In this document: in pieces, positions 44,189 to 51,899 of the stretch
Layout of the letters: the number at the start of each line of letters is the position of its first letter
Position numbering within the stretch: the first letter of the stretch is position 1
Assembly (NCBI GenBank): GCA_050945915.1
Contig: JBMNTV010000003.1
Span: 1 to 60,671, forward strand
Length of the DNA: 60,671 bases
Direction: 5' to 3'
DNA from: Christensenellales bacterium
GTDB lineage: Bacteria; Bacillota; Clostridia; Christensenellales; CALWSW01
Made by a program: the position numbers and the translations under genes
Notes under the pieces: model-generated
The model's input: only the letters and a program-made list of their open reading frames with translations
Told to the model about the DNA's origin: nothing
Databases searched by the model: none

Positions 44189-44196
44189 ATTATACA
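44189..44196 (-). promoter_or_regulatory. Extended -10 element (TGTATAAT) of the Crp/Fnr gene
   Basis: The minus strand reads TGTATAAT ~45 nt upstream of the ATG. I saw no good -35. Confidence 0.45.
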
Positions 44197-44275
44197 GCCA
44201 TGGATATGCTTCGTAAAGCAAGGCCACTGACTCCTTTCTGCCTTCCATCCTGCGTTTCGCAGGATTTTTTTATTT

Positions 44276-44317
44276 TTGATTTCGGTCAAATCTTCTTTTG
44301 GGGGATCATGGTATACT
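44276..44317 (+). promoter_or_regulatory. FNR/CRP-type box plus extended -10 promoter of the metal-ATPase operon
   Basis: TTGAT-ttcg-GTCAA lies at 44276-44289 and TGgTATACT at 44309-44317. The box centre lies 29 nt upstream of the -10 hexamer, a class II-like geometry. Confidence 0.45.
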
Positions 44318-44353
44318 ACGCTCAAAGAGGAAAAAACGAAAAGGAGCGAAAAC

Positions 44354-44650
44354 ATGTCAATCAAACTGTTTAACGAGGCAAAGGCCAAATATATGAAAAC
44401 CTTGAAGATGTATGTGCCGGTGGTGGCGAGGGTGCATGGGCAGAGCCATCCCGAATTCCACGAAGTCCATGCGTTGTTTGATGCGCTGATCAAAAAAACG
44501 GAAGCGCAACCGGACCAGCCGGAGCTGGGCGAAGAATTTTCCAAGCTGCGGAAAATTACAAAGGACTACGCCGTTCCGGATGATGTGTGCGAAAGCTATG
44601 AAGCGGTTTACAGCATGCTGGCGGAGCTGGATCGGGCGTACCATGCATAA
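44354..44650 (+). CDS. Small helical protein of unknown function (98 aa), first gene of the ATPase operon
   Basis: ATG 44354 follows AAGGAG. It carries a His-containing motif (VARVHGQSHPEFHEVHALFDAL). I cannot name a family with confidence. Confidence 0.6.
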   Translation: MSIKLFNEAKAKYMKTLKMYVPVVARVHGQSHPEFHEVHALFDALIKKTEAQPDQPELGEEFSKLRKITKDYAVPDDVCESYEAVYSMLAELDRAYHA

Positions 44651-44656
44651 TGGAAG

Positions 44657-46543
44657 TTGTTTGGGAAAGAAGGTGATGAAGTGCAAAGATTCATCCTGAG
44701 TCGAAAAAACCACATAACCGCTCTCAGTGCCGTTCTAATCGTCATTGGGTTCGTCAGTGCGTTGGGCTTCAAAAACGAAACCGTGGCTGTTTGGGCGCTG
44801 GCCGCCGCTTCTGTCCTGGGTCTTGCGCCGATTGCCATCCAGGCATTCCAGGCATTGAGGGTCAAGGTCGTCAGCATCGATCTGCTGGTCACCATCGCCG
44901 TCGTGGGCGCTTTTTTCATCAAGAACTTCGAAGAATCTGCCATCGTCACCTTCCTGTTCCTGTTCGGCGCTTTTTTGGAACAGCGGACATTGAACAAGAC
45001 ACGCTCAGCCATCAAGGATCTGACAGAGATGGCGCCGGAAAGCGCGCTCAAGCAAATGGAAAATGGAGATTTCGAAGAAGTCGACATAGACGAAGTGGAC
45101 GTGGGCGACATTCTGCTGGTCAAAACCGGCGCAAAAATCCCCGTCGACGGCACCGTGTTATCCGGCGAAGGCAGCATCAACGAAGCCAGCATCACGGGGG
45201 AATCCCTTCCCGTTTCAAAGGAAACGGGGGCGAAAGTGTTCGCGGGCACCATTCTCGACAACGGAACCATCCAAATTGTCGCCGACCGCGTAGGCGAAGA
45301 CACCACCTTCGGGAAAATCATTGAGCTTGTCGAGGAAGCCCAGGACTCCAAATCGGAAGCGGAGCGCTTTATCGACCGCTTTGCAAAATACTACACCCCG
45401 GCTGTTCTTCTTCTGGGCATCCTCGTTTGGGCGTTCTCACAAAACATTGAGCTGGCCATCACCATCCTCGTGCTGGGATGCCCCGGCGCTTTGGTGATCG
45501 GCGTCCCGGTATCCAACGTGGCAGGTATCGGCAACGGCGCTCGCGACGGCATCCTGCTCAAAGGCAGCGAAGTCATCGGCGATTTCAGCAGACTGGATAC
45601 CATGGTGTTCGACAAAACAGGCACTTTGACCGCAGGAAACCCATCAGTGGCAGAGAAAGTGTATTATGGGGACCGCATTGATGATGCGCTGGGCTATCTG
45701 GCGAGTGTGGAACGCGAATCCGACCACCCGCTGGCAAAGGCGGTATTGGAGGACATCGGCGAAACGACGTTCTCGCCGGTGGAAAATACCGAAGTCATCA
45801 AAGGCGGCGGAATTGTCGCCACCGTCAATGGTCACAGGATCGCCGTTGGCAATGTGGCCTTGATGGAAAGGGAAGGCGTAGCCCTCGATGAGAAGGCGGA
45901 AGCCGACATCGCCCGCTTCGAAAAAAACGGCAACTCCCTCGTCCTGACTTCAGTGGACGGAGAGTTGAAAATTCTGATGGGAGTGCGCGATCCAATCCGC
46001 CCCGGTGTGAAGGAAGACCTGCGCAGGCTGAAAAAGCTGGGCGTCAAGAACCTCGTGATGCTCTCGGGAGACAACCAGGGAACGGTGGATACGGTGGGCA
46101 AAGAGCTTGGATTGACCGAAGCCCACGGAAACGTGCTGCCACAGGATAAATCGGCTTACATCAAAAAGCTGATTGAAGAAGGCCAAATCGTCGCTTTTGT
46201 CGGCGACGGCGTAAACGACGGTCCTTCCCTGGCGCTGGCGCATATCGGTATCGCCATGGGCAGCGGAACCGACGTCGCCATTGAGACCTCCGACGTTGTG
46301 CTCATGAATTCGGACTTCAGCCGTTTGCCCCATGCCCTGGGGCTCGCGAAGGCAACAGCACGAAACATGAAGCAGAATATCATCATCGCCGTGGGCGTAG
46401 TACTATTCCTGCTTGCCAGCGTGTTTTTTAGCGAATGGATGAACATGTCCATCGGCATGCTGGTGCACGAAGCGAGCATTCTGGTGGTCATCTTAAACGG
46501 AATGAGGCTGCTGCGCTATCAGTTGAGGAAGGGATTATCATAA
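44657..46543 (+). CDS. Heavy-metal-translocating P1B-type ATPase (no N-terminal metal-binding domain)
   Basis: Motifs are DKTGTLT, ITGESLPV and GDGVNDGPSLA. It has 4+2+2 TM helices. The TM6 motif reads CPG (45478-45486). The start is ambiguous, either TTG 44657 or GTG 44681 after GAAGGTGA. Confidence 0.92.
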   Translation: MFGKEGDEVQRFILSRKNHITALSAVLIVIGFVSALGFKNETVAVWALAAASVLGLAPIAIQAFQALRVKVVSIDLLVTIAVVGAFFIKNFEESAIVTFLFLFGAFLEQRTLNKTRSAIKDLTEMAPESALKQMENGDFEEVDIDEVDVGDILLVKTGAKIPVDGTVLSGEGSINEASITGESLPVSKETGAKVFAGTILDNGTIQIVADRVGEDTTFGKIIELVEEAQDSKSEAERFIDRFAKYYTPAVLLLGILVWAFSQNIELAITILVLGCPGALVIGVPVSNVAGIGNGARDGILLKGSEVIGDFSRLDTMVFDKTGTLTAGNPSVAEKVYYGDRIDDALGYLASVERESDHPLAKAVLEDIGETTFSPVENTEVIKGGGIVATVNGHRIAVGNVALMEREGVALDEKAEADIARFEKNGNSLVLTSVDGELKILMGVRDPIRPGVKEDLRRLKKLGVKNLVMLSGDNQGTVDTVGKELGLTEAHGNVLPQDKSAYIKKLIEEGQIVAFVGDGVNDGPSLALAHIGIAMGSGTDVAIETSDVVLMNSDFSRLPHALGLAKATARNMKQNIIIAVGVVLFLLASVFFSEWMNMSIGMLVHEASILVVILNGMRLLRYQLRKGLS

Positions 46544-46562
46544 CGAAAAAGGAGAACCGAAT

Positions 46563-46796
46563 ATGCAAAAAGCAACGATCCAGTTAGAAACTTTAACCTG
46601 TCCGTCTTGTGTCCTGAAGATCGAAAACGCCACAAAGTCCTTAGCCGGTGTGGATAAAGACAGCGTAAAGGTACTGTTCAACTCAAGCAAGCTCAAGTTT
46701 GACTTTGACGATCAAGAGCTGTCGGTTCAAGACGTGGAAAAGGCCATCACCGCCCTGGGATACGAAGTGAAAAAAACCCAAGTCAAGGCGAAATAA
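46563..46796 (+). CDS. Heavy-metal-associated (HMA, CopZ-like) domain protein
   Basis: 77 aa with a ferredoxin-like HMA pattern. The metal site is TCPSC (LETLTCPSCVLKIENA). Confidence 0.88.
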   Translation: MQKATIQLETLTCPSCVLKIENATKSLAGVDKDSVKVLFNSSKLKFDFDDQELSVQDVEKAITALGYEVKKTQVKAK

Positions 46797-46804
46797 CAGA
46801 AAAA

Positions 46805-46836
46805 TCCCCCGAGTTGGCAAAGCCCTGCTCGGGGGA
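46805..46836 (+). terminator. Hairpin downstream of the HMA gene
   Basis: TCCCCCGAG ... CTCGGGGGA, a 9-bp stem with a 14-nt loop and a poor U-run. Confidence 0.5.
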
Positions 46837-47159
46837 TCGCATGTTATCGAATCAATCACATGAGGATTCCGTTTTCAAAGGAACGCAAAATACTCGTTTG
46901 ATCGCAGAACCCGGGGCATTGCAAGCCACAAAACTAAGACAGCCTTCAAACTCGAAGGTCGCTATCCGTCCTATCCCCAGGCGAATAGAACGCGCCCTCT
47001 TGGCCTGTTCCCTTAAAGCAGTCTTCAAAAACAGCGGGAATGGTTCAACAGGCTTTCCACACGCTCATTCGTCCAGTCCGTAACTCTTATCGCGGAACAT
47101 GCCGAACAAGAATCGGTGACCGGTTTCGTTTCGGGTTTCAGATTCGCAAAAGAAAGCCC

Positions 47160-47861
47160 TCACGAACCTTTTACCGCATTTATGCCGATGGCATGATCCA
47201 CTGGCAAGGAGAAGCAGATGCCGGTTCCGGCGGTGTTCAGCCCCACTTCGTGCATGATGCTCTCCATGATGGCGGACTTTTTGTCCTTCGGCGTTAAGAT
47301 CAGGATCAGATCCTTTTCCGGCTGAATGGTGATGCCAAGGTATTTCATCGCTTCCTTGGATCCCAAACCACGGGCATGCACTACGGTACCTCCGTTCGCT
47401 CCCGCTTTTTTTGCCGCCGTCATAACCTGGTCAAAAAACCCGCTGTTTACGATGGTTACGATCAAATGATAAGGTTCTTTGGATGTTAAAGCCATATCCT
47501 CACTTCCTATCGTTACATTCTCGTCTGCCTGAACACAGACATTATAAAGGCCGCTGCTGACGCTGCTTAGATTGATGGCAAAAGCGATTCCCGTACCGGC
47601 TTTGAAAAAGTCAACACGATCGTTCAGTTGCTTGATGATCTGTTTCGTCAACGCTTTGGTTTGTATGCTGATGGAAACGGTTTTTTTCCGTCCTTCGTAT
47701 CCGAGAATTTCATATACGACGGACTTGGCAGTGCCTTTTCCATAGGTCAGCAATAGGATCGGAATGTTATTGCGCTTATACACATTCGTCAGAGCATGTT
47801 CCAAGCGATGATCTACGATTGTAATCAATGCGTACAGCCTGGCCCCAGCTTGGTTAACCAT
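47160..47861 (-). CDS. Tandem P-II-like (GlnB-fold) protein
   Basis: 233 aa made of two P-II-like halves (LYALITIVDHR...LTYGKGTA and YHLIVTIVNSGFFDQVMTAAKKAGANGGTVVHARGLG). GGAGGG SD. Its start overlaps the upstream DUF1538 gene by 8 nt. Confidence 0.8.
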   Translation of the reverse strand: MVNQAGARLYALITIVDHRLEHALTNVYKRNNIPILLLTYGKGTAKSVVYEILGYEGRKKTVSISIQTKALTKQIIKQLNDRVDFFKAGTGIAFAINLSSVSSGLYNVCVQADENVTIGSEDMALTSKEPYHLIVTIVNSGFFDQVMTAAKKAGANGGTVVHARGLGSKEAMKYLGITIQPEKDLILILTPKDKKSAIMESIMHEVGLNTAGTGICFSLPVDHAIGINAVKGS

Positions 47862-49476
47862 CTTTTCCCTCCATCGACACGGTATTGTCTACGCTGGCAT
47901 CGGGATTGCCGTCAACGATTTCTTCCGTACCATTTTCAGCATCATCATCTTCCTGTTCCGACGAATAATCCAACTCGATAATGGTATCATCCGTACTGGG
48001 GACAACCATTGCCCGTTGTGCCCGTTTGGACTTTATGGAATACACCAATCCGAAGATCTGGAGCGTAATAACCGGAGTCAAAGCTACCAGAGCAACAATC
48101 CCGAATGCATCGGTAAAGATATTCCCGCCCTTCGCTTCAGCAGCTCCGATGGCCAAAGGAAGCATAAATGTCGCCGCCAATGGTCCCGAGGCCACCGCAC
48201 CGGAGTCGAAAGCGATGGATGTAAAAAGATGCGGCACAACAAATGTAAGCAACAAGGCAAACACATATCCCGGAATAACGAAATACAGAAGGGACAACCC
48301 CGTAAGAACGCGCAACATGGCCAAACCCACCGATATCGCCACTCCTACGGACAATCCTATCCCCATCGCCTTTGCCGAGATTGCCCCGCTCGTAACCTCC
48401 TCCACCTGCCTCTTGAGCACGAAAACAGCGGGTTCCGCAGCAACGACAAAGTATCCGATCACCATACCCACCAAGATCAGTACGATGCCGCTGTTGTTTT
48501 CCAGCAGGACGCCTCCGAGTTGATACCCCACAGGCATAAAGCCCACGTTCACGCCAATCAAGAACAAAACGAGTCCCATATAAGTATAGATCGTTCCGAT
48601 GCTGATTTTCAGAATCTTTTTCATTTTAAGTCGAAGCGTAAAGATTTGAAAAACAGCAAACGTCAGAAGCATGGGAAGCAATGCGATCGCTACTTGCTTC
48701 AAATACTCCGGCAAATTGGAGGTGTAAAGCAAGGCGATGTCTGAGACGGAATCCAGGTTCGGAACCGTCATTGCGCTTCCCCCTGAAGGATTAAAGAACA
48801 TGCCCAGAATCAGGACAGTAATGATTGGACCGATCAAACAAAGGGAAGTTAGGCCAAAATTATCCTCTTCCGAAGTTTTATCAGCACGAACCGATGCCAA
48901 GCCAAGTCCCAGGGCCATGACGAAGGGCACCATGATGGGGCCCGTTGTCACCCCACCCGATTCCCAGGCAATGGAAAGAAAATCCTTTCCGGTGAAGAAG
49001 GAGAGGATAAAGGCCAGAACATAACAACCAATCAAGATGCGCGAAAGCGGAATCTGGTATAGGATCCTTAAAAAAGCGCCCACCAACGCCAGGCTCACAC
49101 CGATTGAAACACTCAGGATAATAATAGCGTCAGGCACGCCACTTATCTGCCCCGCCAACACGATCAAATCAGGTTCCGCCATGGTAATGAAGGCGCCAAT
49201 GAAGAATGTCAGAATGATGATCAATGGCAGCTTTCTGCTTTTTACCAATGCGGATCCGACGTGTTTCCCGATGGGGATCAGCGATGTATCCACCCCGAGG
49301 TTGAACATTGTTATCCCCAATATTATTATCACAGAGCTAACCAGAAAAAGTATCAGGTTCCATGCCGGGATTGGCGCTATGGTGTAAGACAGCAGCACAA
49401 CCAGAATCATGATTGGAAAAACCGAAAAGGATGATTCCTTTAGTTTCTCTAACAACAGCTTAAATATTGCGTTCAT
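47854..49476 (-). CDS. DUF1538-type polytopic membrane protein (duplicated) with an acidic C-terminal tail
   Basis: 540 aa with ~12 hydrophobic helices in two similar halves and a C-terminal acidic tail. The family call rests on my recollection of DUF1538 plus its characteristic P-II partner. The SD abuts the ATG, so the start is uncertain. Confidence 0.7.
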   Translation of the reverse strand: MNAIFKLLLEKLKESSFSVFPIMILVVLLSYTIAPIPAWNLILFLVSSVIIILGITMFNLGVDTSLIPIGKHVGSALVKSRKLPLIIILTFFIGAFITMAEPDLIVLAGQISGVPDAIIILSVSIGVSLALVGAFLRILYQIPLSRILIGCYVLAFILSFFTGKDFLSIAWESGGVTTGPIMVPFVMALGLGLASVRADKTSEEDNFGLTSLCLIGPIITVLILGMFFNPSGGSAMTVPNLDSVSDIALLYTSNLPEYLKQVAIALLPMLLTFAVFQIFTLRLKMKKILKISIGTIYTYMGLVLFLIGVNVGFMPVGYQLGGVLLENNSGIVLILVGMVIGYFVVAAEPAVFVLKRQVEEVTSGAISAKAMGIGLSVGVAISVGLAMLRVLTGLSLLYFVIPGYVFALLLTFVVPHLFTSIAFDSGAVASGPLAATFMLPLAIGAAEAKGGNIFTDAFGIVALVALTPVITLQIFGLVYSIKSKRAQRAMVVPSTDDTIIELDYSSEQEDDDAENGTEEIVDGNPDASVDNTVSMEGKDG

Positions 49477-49909
49477 CTCCTTTGTAACAAACTGATATAT
49501 TTTAAAAACATTATTGTTATCGTTGCCATGAAATAAAGGGCAATTCTTTTATATTATAACACATCCAGATGGCTTATAAAAGTAAAATGAGGCTGACTAT
49601 GCTCCCGCAGTCCACGCTTCACGGTCACATCAATACGCCTCCTCTCTCCAGCGAGTCTCTGCTTATTCTGCCACAAAAAATTCCCGCTATGTTCCCGAAG
49701 ACATCGAGGGCGGGTGATACAAGAAGCATTCCCTTTGGTGTTTTTTGGATATAAGCTTGGTATGCGATTGAGAAAAGGGTGTATGCAGTACCAAAAAATA
49801 CGGCATCCTAATCACAGAGGGACGATACGGAAACTCGCATCATCCCTCTCGTTCATAAAACCTTTCATGTGGTACGCACACATAAGGCTAATCAGATAGC
49901 CATCGGACC

Positions 49910-51232
49910 CTACCCTCTTATTGATTTCATCTTAATAAATCCTACAATATCTGCTAAAGCCCAGCCAATGGGTATTGCCCACCATATGCCTATCAGGCCT
50001 ATTGCGGGTGAAAGAGCGTGGGCTAAGATCACCCTTGTTCCAAGACTAATGATGGTGAGGATGATGGACACCCCCGGTTTTCCCATACCTCTGTACAGTC
50101 CATAAAACATAAACAAATATCCTATCAAACAATAAAAACTTGCGACGATGAGTAAGTACTGCATGCCTATTTGGAGAATTTCCGTTTCGTTCGCGTTGAT
50201 AAAAATGCTCATCAAAGGTTTGGCGAACAAGATGATCAGCGCCGAAGCCGCCAAACCATAAACGGTAATAATTTTTACAACTGAACGAATTCCGTTACGG
50301 ATACGCCTCCCCTCTTTTGCGCCATGGTTCTGGGCTATAAAGGTAGAAAAGGCGTTGCCCAACTCCTGTTCGGGCAAGTACGCGAAACTTTCGATCTTCA
50401 CGACTGCTGCGAATGCAGCCATAGCTGATACACCAAAGCTATTCACCAGTCCCTGTATCAGCAGGATTCCAAAATTCATGACAGATTGCTGAATGCTTGT
50501 GAGTATCGAATGACTGCCAATCATTTTCACGATGTTCACATCAAACCGAAAATGCTTGCGTTCCAGACGAAGGATGGGAACCTTTCTGATGCAATACACA
50601 GCCAGGGACACTGCAGAAACCCCTTGCGCAATGATGGTCGCATACGCGGCGCCACCGACGCCCATCTGCAACGGAACGATGAAAACGATATCCAATATAA
50701 TATTCAAGATGGCGGAAAATGCAAGAAACAGCAAAGGTATGATCGTGTTGCCCATACTGCGCAAGATAGCGGCAAAATAGTTGTATGCCGAAGTAAAGGC
50801 AATACCATAGAAAATGATTTGCAGATAAGTCCTTGTTTCCCCCCATACTTCCTGAGGTATCCTAATCAGAGTCAAAATACCATCAATTTGAAAGAGCGCC
50901 AGCAGATTAATCACCAATGTCAGCGATCCAACCAAACAGAAAGAAGCAAAGAAACTTCTTTTCAGTCGATCGATCTCTTTTGCGCCATATAAAATGGAAA
51001 ATACAGTGCTGCTGCCCATGCAAAACCCCAAAATGATGGAGTTCAACAATACCATAACAGAAAAAGAACTGCCAACGGCAGCAAGGGCATTCGGGCCAAT
51101 GAATTTGCCCACTATTATTGTGTCTGCAACATTATATAATTGCTGAACCAAATTCCCAATAATCATAGGTACCGCCAACTTTAGCAGTACCTTCATTTCA
51201 TTTCCCTTTGTCAAATCGTGCGTTATTGCCAT
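49910..51232 (-). CDS. MATE-family efflux transporter
   Basis: 440 aa with 12 TM. The N-terminus LLKLAVPMIIGNLVQQLYNVADTIIVGKFIGPNALAAVG is typical of MATE/NorM proteins. Confidence 0.93.
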   Translation of the reverse strand: MAITHDLTKGNEMKVLLKLAVPMIIGNLVQQLYNVADTIIVGKFIGPNALAAVGSSFSVMVLLNSIILGFCMGSSTVFSILYGAKEIDRLKRSFFASFCLVGSLTLVINLLALFQIDGILTLIRIPQEVWGETRTYLQIIFYGIAFTSAYNYFAAILRSMGNTIIPLLFLAFSAILNIILDIVFIVPLQMGVGGAAYATIIAQGVSAVSLAVYCIRKVPILRLERKHFRFDVNIVKMIGSHSILTSIQQSVMNFGILLIQGLVNSFGVSAMAAFAAVVKIESFAYLPEQELGNAFSTFIAQNHGAKEGRRIRNGIRSVVKIITVYGLAASALIILFAKPLMSIFINANETEILQIGMQYLLIVASFYCLIGYLFMFYGLYRGMGKPGVSIILTIISLGTRVILAHALSPAIGLIGIWWAIPIGWALADIVGFIKMKSIRG

Positions 51233-51289
51233 TCTTACCCGCCTATTGAATGATGCTGAACATAAGCTGTCAGCTTACGCAAGACTCAT

Positions 51290-51319
51290 ATGGTATCATC
51301 ACATGAGTGCATTGTCAAC
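51290..51319 (-). promoter_or_regulatory. Candidate promoter of the MATE gene
   Basis: On the minus strand: TTGACA (51319-51314), an 18-nt spacer, then TACCAT (51295-51290). Confidence 0.45.
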
Positions 51320-51414
51320 TTGGCGGTATTCTTGTGCTTTTTCGCCGCAGTGATGTGTCAGATGAACAAGTGCATCTCATTCCGACCTCTTACTTTCCTG
51401 TGTTCGCCCAAAAG

Positions 51415-51450
51415 GAATCCTCGATATGTTCGTGCAAGCATATCGAGGAT
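51415..51450. terminator. Bidirectional rho-independent terminator
   Basis: AATCCTCGATATG-(10 nt)-CATATCGAGGATT. TTTTC follows on the plus strand and CCTTTTGGG on the minus strand. Confidence 0.75.
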
Positions 51451-51526
51451 TTTTCGATTTACTTTATACAAACTCAGTAGTCGAACACTAAGAATTAATC
51501 AACGAAGCAAAATCTCAAACAGCACT

Positions 51527-51886
51527 TCATTTTCTTCGCAGAGCCCTGCCGCACATTCCGCAAAAACGCGCGCCGGGGAAGACGAGAGCGCCGCATTTGG
51601 GGCAGAAATTTATCTGCGGAGCGTCCTCATATGTCAGCGGTAAATCCTCATTCGGCGCAGCCTCAGAGAGAAACAGCCAATCGATCTCCCCGCTATCCTC
51701 GCAATAGCCGATCGCTCCACCGGGGGACACCACATAAAAGCAGTCCTCATCGGCGGGGTTTTCGCTGTCGCTTGTTTCGGCAAGAATTAGCAAGTCTTAT
51801 CTTTCATCGGAAGTGGCAAAGCGGAAGTTTCCGCTGCGGGTGGTGGCAAACTCCGCCGCCTCCATCAAGGTGTAAAATTTCTTCAT
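51527..51886 (-). pseudogene. Small zinc-ribbon protein gene interrupted by an in-frame TAA
   Basis: ATG 51886 (AAGGAGG SD) encodes MKKFYTLMEAAEFATTRSGNFRFATSDER. A TAA lies at 51799-51797. The same frame then continues D-LLILAETSDSENP...INFCPKCGALVFPGARFCGMCGRALRRK (track ORF 51527-51793). Confidence 0.55.
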
Positions 51887-51899
51887 TATGACATCCTCC

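Noticed and set aside
46850-47159. ~300-bp gene-free spacer between the HMA terminator and the P-II gene, examined for a pseudogene or sRNA
   Set aside because: Short open frames exist on both strands, but I could not recognise any protein family. I also found no convincing promoter + terminator pair for an sRNA. I cannot support a call.
49816-49849. 11-bp-stem hairpin downstream of the MATE gene, considered as a terminator or riboswitch element
   Set aside because: The U-run is displaced by ~17 nt and I recognised no conserved riboswitch core. It may still be a weak terminator, but the evidence is insufficient.
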